Shown here one piece after another: positions 27,318 through 32,000 of a DNA stretch of 32,000 bases; the stretch's first letter is position 1, and the number at the start of each line of letters is the position of its first letter. The notes below the pieces were generated by a model. The model did not search any database. It was not told the DNA's origin and was given only the letters and a program-made list of their open reading frames with translations. Made by a program: the position numbers and the translations under genes. Origin of the DNA: Trichlorobacter lovleyi SZ (GTDB taxonomy: Bacteria > Desulfobacterota > Desulfuromonadia > Geobacterales > Pseudopelobacteraceae); NCBI RefSeq assembly GCF_000020385.1, contig NC_010814.1, forward strand, positions 2,370,001 to 2,402,000. Direction: 5' to 3'.

Positions 27318-28681
27318 TCCGTCACCACCCTGATCGCCTTATTCAGCCCTTCCATCAGAAATGCCAACTCATCTTCTGTAATGGCCAGCGGCGGGAACAC
27401 CACCACCGTATTGCCCAGCGGACGGGAAAAGACCCCGTGCCTGCGGGCCTCCTGACAGACCCTCACACCACGTTTTTCCTCCCAGGGGTACGCTGCCTTC
27501 GTCGCCTTGTCCTGCACCAGCTCAATTCCGGCTGCCAGGCCGCACTGACGCAGATTACCCACATGGGGATGATCCTCCAGCTGCTGCAGCAAAGCCGTCA
27601 ACTGTTTACTGCGTTGCCCGACCGACTCCAGCAGACCGGTTTCCTCAAACAGCTCCAGACTGCGTAATGCAACAGCGCAGGCCAGCGGATTGCCGGTAAA
27701 GGTATGGCCGTGAAAGAAGGTCTTCAGCTCAGCATAATTCCCCAGAAATGCCTGGTAGATCTCCTCAGTTGCCAGAGTGGCAGCCAGCGGCAGGTAGCCC
27801 GCACAGAGCCCTTTTGAGATTGCCATGATATCCGGTGTCACCCCCTCCTGCTGACAGGCAAACATACTGCCGGTACGCCCGAAGCCGGTGGCCACCTCAT
27901 CGGTGATCAGCAGCACGCCGTAACGGTCGCACAGCTGACGCACCCCTTTAAGATACCCGGCGGGATGCACCAGCATCCCGCCCGCCCCCTGCAGCAGCGG
28001 CTCCATCAGCATCCCGGCCAGATATTCCCTGTGCTCACACATCAACTGCTCCAGCGCTTCCAGGCAGGCCATGCCACAGGCTGCCGGATCGCTCTGTCCC
28101 ATGGGACAACGGTAGCAATAGGGCGCCGGGGCCTCAATGGTTGAAAACAGCAATGGCTTGAAGGTATCGTGATAGATAGAGATCCCGCCCACACTCATGG
28201 AGCCGATGGTATCGCCATGGTAGGCATGCTGCAGCCGCAGGAACCTGCTGCGTTGCGGTTCACCTTTATGGCAGTGGTACTGATAGGCCATCTTCAGCCC
28301 CACCTCCACCGCCGTGGAACCGTTGTCGGAATAAAAGACCTTGCGTAATCCGGCCGGTGCGATCTCAATCAACTGCTTTGCCAGCAGGATTGACTGTTCG
28401 CCCGCCAGCCCCAGCAGGGTTGAATGCTCCAACCGGGCAGCCTGATCAGCCAGCGCCTTGTTCAAGGCAGGATGACTATGACCATGCACATTGGTCCACA
28501 TCGAGGCCACACCATCCAGGTAACGGCTACCGTCCGAATCGATCAGCCAGCTTCCTTCCCCCCTCACGATCACCAGCGGTTCTTCCGCCAGCCAATCCTG
28601 CATTTGGGTAAAGGGGTGCCAAACATACTGCTTGTCCCAGCTCTGAAGCTGGGCCGTAGGCATATTTTCAGTAGCATGCAT
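27314..28681 (-). CDS. bioA: Adenosylmethionine-8-amino-7-oxononanoate aminotransferase
   Basis: 455 aa class-III aminotransferase. YVWHPFTQM opening, DEVATGFGRTG, PLP-lysine context AISKGL. Confidence 0.85.
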   Translation of the reverse strand: MHATENMPTAQLQSWDKQYVWHPFTQMQDWLAEEPLVIVRGEGSWLIDSDGSRYLDGVASMWTNVHGHSHPALNKALADQAARLEHSTLLGLAGEQSILLAKQLIEIAPAGLRKVFYSDNGSTAVEVGLKMAYQYHCHKGEPQRSRFLRLQHAYHGDTIGSMSVGGISIYHDTFKPLLFSTIEAPAPYCYRCPMGQSDPAACGMACLEALEQLMCEHREYLAGMLMEPLLQGAGGMLVHPAGYLKGVRQLCDRYGVLLITDEVATGFGRTGSMFACQQEGVTPDIMAISKGLCAGYLPLAATLATEEIYQAFLGNYAELKTFFHGHTFTGNPLACAVALRSLELFEETGLLESVGQRSKQLTALLQQLEDHPHVGNLRQCGLAAGIELVQDKATKAAYPWEEKRGVRVCQEARRHGVFSRPLGNTVVVFPPLAITEDELAFLMEGLNKAIRVVTD

Positions 28682-28959
28682 ATATTTTGACCTCTCCTGC
28701 AGTTGCGAATATACATAAATATGCTATAAGCGGTACATGTAAGACCCGCTTAGTCCTCTACAACAACCACTTTCGTTTGATATACTAAAAATGCTCGCCG
28801 GGCAACACCCGGCAGCTCCGGATCAACAACTGCAGCAGATTTCTGCAAGGCCTATCATGCAGACAAGGAACCGACACGGACCAGCGGCGCCCCACGACTG
28901 CTGCCGGACCTGTGCTGCAGAGCAGAGCCTCGCTACACATTTATCCTGGAGAAGAGATC

Positions 28960-29508
28960 ATGCCCCAGAAAGAAAACGACAACATCGCCCATGACAAGTT
29001 AAAAGCCATGATGGAAATGGCGGCCCTGGTCAACTCATCACACGAACGTTCCGTCATCATGGACCACGCCGTAAAATCCGTCTGCCGCCTGACCGGCGCA
29101 GAAGCCGGCAGTCTGCTGTTGCTCGACGAATTTACCGGACACCTTGATTTTGAAGTAGTCACCGGCGGCAGAGAAGAACTTTTGCCGTTCTTCCGTGTCC
29201 CCAAAGGCCAGGGAATTGCCGGGTGGGTTGCCCAGAATGACCTGCCGATCATAGTACAGGATGTCCAGTCCGATGAACGTTTCTTCAAGTTTACCGATCA
29301 GGAACTGGGCTTTACCACCCGTGACATGATTGCCGTACCACTGCGAGTCAACGGAACGGTCATCGGGGTCTTGCAGGCGATCAACAAAAACTCCGGCTCC
29401 TTCAACCATGATGACCTGAAACTGGCCATGGCATTTGCCAATCAGATCGCCTCAATCATCAACAAGACAGATAAGGAACAGCCACACTGCTCAACCTCCA
29501 GTGCATAA
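28960..29508 (+). CDS. Stand-alone GAF domain protein
   Basis: ATG 28960 follows GGAG. GAF-like core (AEAGSLLLLDE...LDFEVVTGG...GQGIAGWVAQN...PLRVNGTVIGVLQAINK). Confidence 0.75.
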   Translation: MPQKENDNIAHDKLKAMMEMAALVNSSHERSVIMDHAVKSVCRLTGAEAGSLLLLDEFTGHLDFEVVTGGREELLPFFRVPKGQGIAGWVAQNDLPIIVQDVQSDERFFKFTDQELGFTTRDMIAVPLRVNGTVIGVLQAINKNSGSFNHDDLKLAMAFANQIASIINKTDKEQPHCSTSSA

Positions 29509-29658
29509 AGGGCTTTAAAAACGTCATGAGGAAGGCTGGATACAAGGCGCACCAGCGCATCGACCAAGACATAACGGAATAGTCAGGCGAGGAAGAGAGC
29601 ACCGCGCAACGCCGTAGACAGACTCCGCAGCAGTTTTTCAAAGACCTGATAAAGCCTC

Positions 29659-29688
29659 TTGACTCTCAGCGGGCTGATTAGGTATAGT
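29659..29688 (+). promoter_or_regulatory. Sigma-70 promoter for tRNA-Leu (TTGACT-18 nt-TATAGT)
   Basis: TTGACT at 29659-29664 and TATAGT at 29683-29688. The tRNA 5' end is 12 nt downstream. Confidence 0.6.
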
Positions 29689-29699
29689 CGCAAAACTTT

Positions 29700-29785
29700 G
29701 CCAGAGTGGTGAAATGGTAGACACAGCAGACTCAAAATCTGCCGAGGGCAACCTCATGCCGGTTCGAGTCCGGCCTCTGGTACCA
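29700..29785 (+). tRNA. tRNA-Leu (anticodon CAA), class II with a long variable arm and encoded CCA
   Basis: Acceptor GCCAGAG/CTCTGGT. Anticodon stem GCAGA/TCTGC with loop CU-CAA-AA. Long variable arm. T-arm GGTTCGAGTCC. Terminal ACCA. Confidence 0.93.
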
Positions 29786-29816
29786 CAGCACAATCCAGCA
29801 TCATCCGATGCAGACT

Positions 29817-29850
29817 AAAAGCCCTTGAGCATTCAAGGGCTTTTTTGTTT
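29817..29850. terminator. Rho-independent terminator after tRNA-Leu, possibly bidirectional towards intI
   Basis: AAAA-GCCCTTGA-GCAT-TCAAGGGC-TTTTTTG: a perfect 8 bp stem flanked by an A tract and a T tract. Confidence 0.8.
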
Positions 29851-29903
29851 CTCTGGCAGGCCAGTCCGGTTGAGGCCAGTCAGACGGAAAGCACCAATAC
29901 CTG

Positions 29904-30881
29904 CTAGGCAAGCCGGTCCAGCGGCGACATCACCCCCATCCCGCCCTTGTTCAGCACATGGGTATAAATCATCGTGGTCTGCACATCCTTGTGTCCCAGC
30001 AACTCCTGCACGGTACGGATATCATACCCCGCCTGCAGCAGATGGGTCGCAAAAGAATGCCGCAGGGTATGGGGCGTCACATTCTTGGTCAACCCCGCAT
30101 CAACCGCAGCCTGCTTGATCGCCCGCTGCAGCCCCTTTTCATCCAGATGATGCCGTCTGGTCACACCGGAACGGGGATCAACCGATAACCGCGCAGACGG
30201 AAAGACATACTGCCAGACCCACTCCCGCCCGGCATTGGGATACTTGCGGGCAACACTCTCAGACAGCCAGACCTCACCGTACCCCTTTAAAAGATCCTGC
30301 TCATGCGCCTGCTTTACCTGTTTCAGATGTTCCTGCAACGGCTTGAGCAATGACTGTGGCAGCATGGTCACCCGGTCTTTACCCCCCTTACCCTCCCGAA
30401 TCAGCAGCTCGGCTCTTTCAAAATCAAGATCCTGCACACGCAGCCGCAACCCCTCCAGCAAACGCATACCGGTACCGTACATCAGACGGGCCAACAAAGC
30501 ATAGGCCTGTGGCACATGGGCCAGCAGAGAATGCACCTCTTTCTCGGTCAGCACCACCGGCAACCGCTTCGGCTTTTTGGCCTGTTCCACCTCATCCAGC
30601 CAGGGCAACTGAATTTCAAGCACCTCTTTATACAGAAACTGCAGAGCTGCCTTGGCCTGATTCTGGGTGGCAGCCGCCACCTGCCGCTCAGTCGCCAGGT
30701 ACGTTAAAAACCCCTCAATTTCTTTCTTGCCCATCTCTTGCGGGTGCCGTTTATTGTGATACAGTATGTAACGCTTTGCCCAGTCAAGGTACACATCCTC
30801 AGTCCGGCGGCTGTAATGTTTCAACCTGATACGATCACGCAACTGGTCCAGCAACTTCGGCTTGGCAGATTGATTTTGCAT
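29904..30881 (-). CDS. intI: Integron integrase IntI (tyrosine recombinase)
   Basis: C-terminus is nearly IntI1-like ([52 protein letters not shown]). It contains the IntI-specific insertion [27 protein letters not shown]. Start taken at ATG 30881 (AGGGGA RBS); the track ORF extends to 30929. Confidence 0.9.
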   Translation of the reverse strand: MQNQSAKPKLLDQLRDRIRLKHYSRRTEDVYLDWAKRYILYHNKRHPQEMGKKEIEGFLTYLATERQVAAATQNQAKAALQFLYKEVLEIQLPWLDEVEQAKKPKRLPVVLTEKEVHSLLAHVPQAYALLARLMYGTGMRLLEGLRLRVQDLDFERAELLIREGKGGKDRVTMLPQSLLKPLQEHLKQVKQAHEQDLLKGYGEVWLSESVARKYPNAGREWVWQYVFPSARLSVDPRSGVTRRHHLDEKGLQRAIKQAAVDAGLTKNVTPHTLRHSFATHLLQAGYDIRTVQELLGHKDVQTTMIYTHVLNKGGMGVMSPLDRLA

Positions 30882-30984
30882 GACGTTTTCCCCTTTATAT
30901 TTAGGACGTTTTTTATTTGTGTTAGGCAAATAATAACAGCTAATTGAGAAAAGTCACGCTACACAAACCGACAATTTGACGTTT

Positions 30985-31021
30985 TTTACAAAAAATTTAG
31001 GACGTCTAATAAACGTTAGAG
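30985..31021 (+). promoter_or_regulatory. attI crossover region with a candidate outward promoter (TTTACA-16-TAATAA) and core site GTTAGAG
   Basis: TTTACA at 30985-30990, TAATAA at 31007-31012 and GTTAGAG at 31015-31021. The last of these is complementary to the cassette-1 inverse core CTCTAAC. Confidence 0.4.
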
Positions 31022-31043
31022 AATGTTTTGTAGGAGGTCGTAA

Positions 31044-31403
31044 GTGACCAGCCTTGTATGGATTTTACCTATTGCAATTGTATTGGTTTTTTTCGTTATG
31101 GGCAGAAGTGCTTTCATTACCTTCATCAGAGATGACATTCCAATTTTTGCAAGAGCGTGGTCGGAATCATCGCCAACACAGAAGGTTTCAATTAGGTTAT
31201 CATTATTCCTTTATGTTTTTGTCCCCTATGCAAAGTTTGTATTTACTGACCACCCCAAAACTCTCCAAGTTTTTACTGATCATGTAGCTCCATTTTTATA
31301 CGGGCTTGCTGAAGCACTATTAGCGGTCGGCTTTGTTATATTCATACTCAGAACAAATCGTAGACATGCCTTATTACGAATAATGAGAAGGCAGCGACGG
31401 TAG
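31044..31403 (+). CDS. Cassette 1 ORF: 119 aa membrane protein of unknown function (3 predicted TM helices)
   Basis: GTG start with GGAGG 6 nt upstream. Hydrophobic helices and a basic C-terminal tail (RIMRRQRR). AT-rich codon usage unlike the flanking genes. Confidence 0.6.
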   Translation: MTSLVWILPIAIVLVFFVMGRSAFITFIRDDIPIFARAWSESSPTQKVSIRLSLFLYVFVPYAKFVFTDHPKTLQVFTDHVAPFLYGLAEALLAVGFVIFILRTNRRHALLRIMRRQRR

Positions 31404-31416
31404 CCAAGCAACCATT

Positions 31417-31549
31417 CTCTAACGGCTCAATCAACTCGGACTGGCTAACTGTCCGCGCAATTTCAGCAGTTTCGCAATCGTCAGTTAGTCAGTTAGTCAA
31501 GCAGCACCGCTCCGGCGTCGCCAGCCGGTTATCTCGTACACGTTAGGCG
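31417..31549 (+). repeat. attC site of cassette 1 (R'' CTCTAAC ... R' GTTAGGC)
   Basis: Inverse core CTCTAAC at 31417-31423. AACTCGGACTGGCT pairs imperfectly with AGCCAGCCGGTT (31519-31530), leaving extrahelical bases. Core GTTAGGC at 31543-31549. Confidence 0.75.
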
Positions 31550-31553
31550 CATT

Positions 31554-31955
31554 ATGCAAGCCAGCATCAATTTTAAAATTACAAAAATTGCAGTGGCTAT
31601 TGTCAGCGGCTTACTCACAGTATTTTTTGTGCCCTGGGCTGTGTCGTTTGTGCTTGCCAGCTTTAGCTGGTTGCCTGCAACAACAGGTTTCGTACATTTT
31701 TTCATAGGGTTAGCAGCTCTGGTGGGCGTAATCGCATTTTGGTTTCGTTTTTTTAGTAGTCCACCTTTCAGTGCATTACGACGCTGGGTGCTTTCAATCA
31801 GCATTGTTTGCGGTATTTGCTCGGCATTATCGGTGCTTGTGTTGCTAACTATTCGGGCATCATGGGATTTTAACGGTATAACAGCGGCATTACTTTTCAG
31901 TGTTTTCATAGGTGTTTTGGCCATTGCATCACTATGGTTGCCTACAAACGCCTAA
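31554..31955 (+). CDS. Cassette 2 ORF: 133 aa membrane protein of unknown function (4 predicted TM helices)
   Basis: The ATG lies 5 nt after the attC core. There are four hydrophobic helices. The stop TAA is embedded in the inverse core GCCTAAC. Confidence 0.6.
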   Translation: MQASINFKITKIAVAIVSGLLTVFFVPWAVSFVLASFSWLPATTGFVHFFIGLAALVGVIAFWFRFFSSPPFSALRRWVLSISIVCGICSALSVLVLLTIRASWDFNGITAALLFSVFIGVLAIASLWLPTNA

Positions 31956-32000
31956 CGGCTCAATCAACTCGGACTGGCTTACTGTGCGCTGAATTTCACC
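31950..32000 (+). repeat. attC site of cassette 2 (5' part, truncated by the window end)
   Basis: GCCTAACGGCTCAATCAACTCGGACTGGCTTACTGTGCGCTGAATTTCAC is almost identical to 31417-31467. Confidence 0.75.

Larger units (their letters stand above)
29904..32000. mobile_element. Chromosomal integron (intI, attI, >=2 gene cassettes) adjacent to tRNA-Leu; the array continues beyond the window
   Basis: Divergent intI/cassette layout. The core sites GTTAGAG (31015-31021) and GTTAGGC (31543-31549) each match the inverse core at the end of their own cassette. The attC starts are near-identical. The cassettes are visibly AT-richer than the flanks. Confidence 0.85.

Noticed and set aside
28791-28994. 67 aa plus-strand ORF in the bioA-GAF spacer
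   Set aside because: It is rich in Q, R, P and A, has no RBS, and overlaps the better-supported GAF start in another frame.
29535-29585. 16-codon mini-ORF (MRKAGYKAHQRIDQDITE) downstream of the GAF gene
   Set aside because: It has no Shine-Dalgarno sequence and is too short to support without conservation data.
30921-30927. Canonical GTTAGGC as the attI crossover point, which would imply an extra ~90 nt empty cassette
   Set aside because: The inverse core of cassette 1 (CTCTAAC) is complementary to GTTAGAG at 31015-31021, not to this site. No attC-like structure lies between the two. It is more likely an accessory IntI-binding site.
31482-31497. Tandem CAGTTAGT x2, considered as a micro-repeat or CRISPR-like signal
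   Set aside because: There are only two 8 nt copies, inside the attC stem region. It is part of the imperfect attC palindrome (complementary to GGACTGGCTAACTG), and no spacer-repeat architecture is present.
31529-31924. 131 aa minus-strand ORF overlapping cassette 2
   Set aside because: It is oriented against the cassette array, lacks an RBS, and mirrors the hydrophobic plus-strand ORF. The plus-strand ORF starts right after the attC core and ends in the inverse core.

Overview
This 32 kb window looks like chromosomal DNA from a Geobacter/Desulfuromonadales-type deltaproteobacterium. That assignment is an inference from gene content only: a hopanoid cluster, sigma-54 regulators, FapA, selenoprotein recoding and a Geobacter-like integron integrase.

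Gene content, left to right:
- a divergent ferritin gene, cut by the window edge;
- a giant DUF748 envelope protein coupled to mtaB, then cheV;
- a tightly packed minus-strand operon: yhbY, a tungsten-type aldehyde:ferredoxin oxidoreductase, yraN, a C-N hydrolase, nadE, a degenerate diadenylate-cyclase-like protein and possibly a hotdog thioesterase;
- a hopanoid cluster: shc, hpnA, dxs, hpnH;
- a TatD::radical-SAM fusion;
- a yjfM/yjfC/yjfL-like module (DUF1190, glutathionylspermidine-synthase-like, DUF350);
- an AmmeMemoRadiSam radical SAM enzyme and a second hotdog thioesterase;
- an NtrC-type regulator divergent from a FapA/DUF342 gene;
- bioA, a stand-alone GAF protein and tRNA-Leu(CAA);
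- a chromosomal integron: intI, attI and at least two AT-rich cassettes with near-identical attC sites.

The two best hidden signals:
1. A secreted glutaredoxin-fold gene at 18539-18919 is absent from the ORF track because it contains an in-frame TGA. The TGA sits in a U-G-Y-C redox motif and is followed by a SECIS-like hairpin, so it is very probably a selenoprotein. It is wedged between hpnH and the TatD::rSAM fusion.
2. The integron cassette boundaries verify themselves: each cassette's 5' core site is the exact reverse complement of its own 3' inverse core.

I cannot show that any of this is a truly undescribed system. My best candidates are the hpnH / Sec-Grx / TatD::rSAM trio, the nadE-coupled degenerate DAC-domain protein, and the DUF1190-GspS-DUF350 module with its extra 150 aa protein. 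All functional calls rest on by-eye motif recognition. No database search was run.
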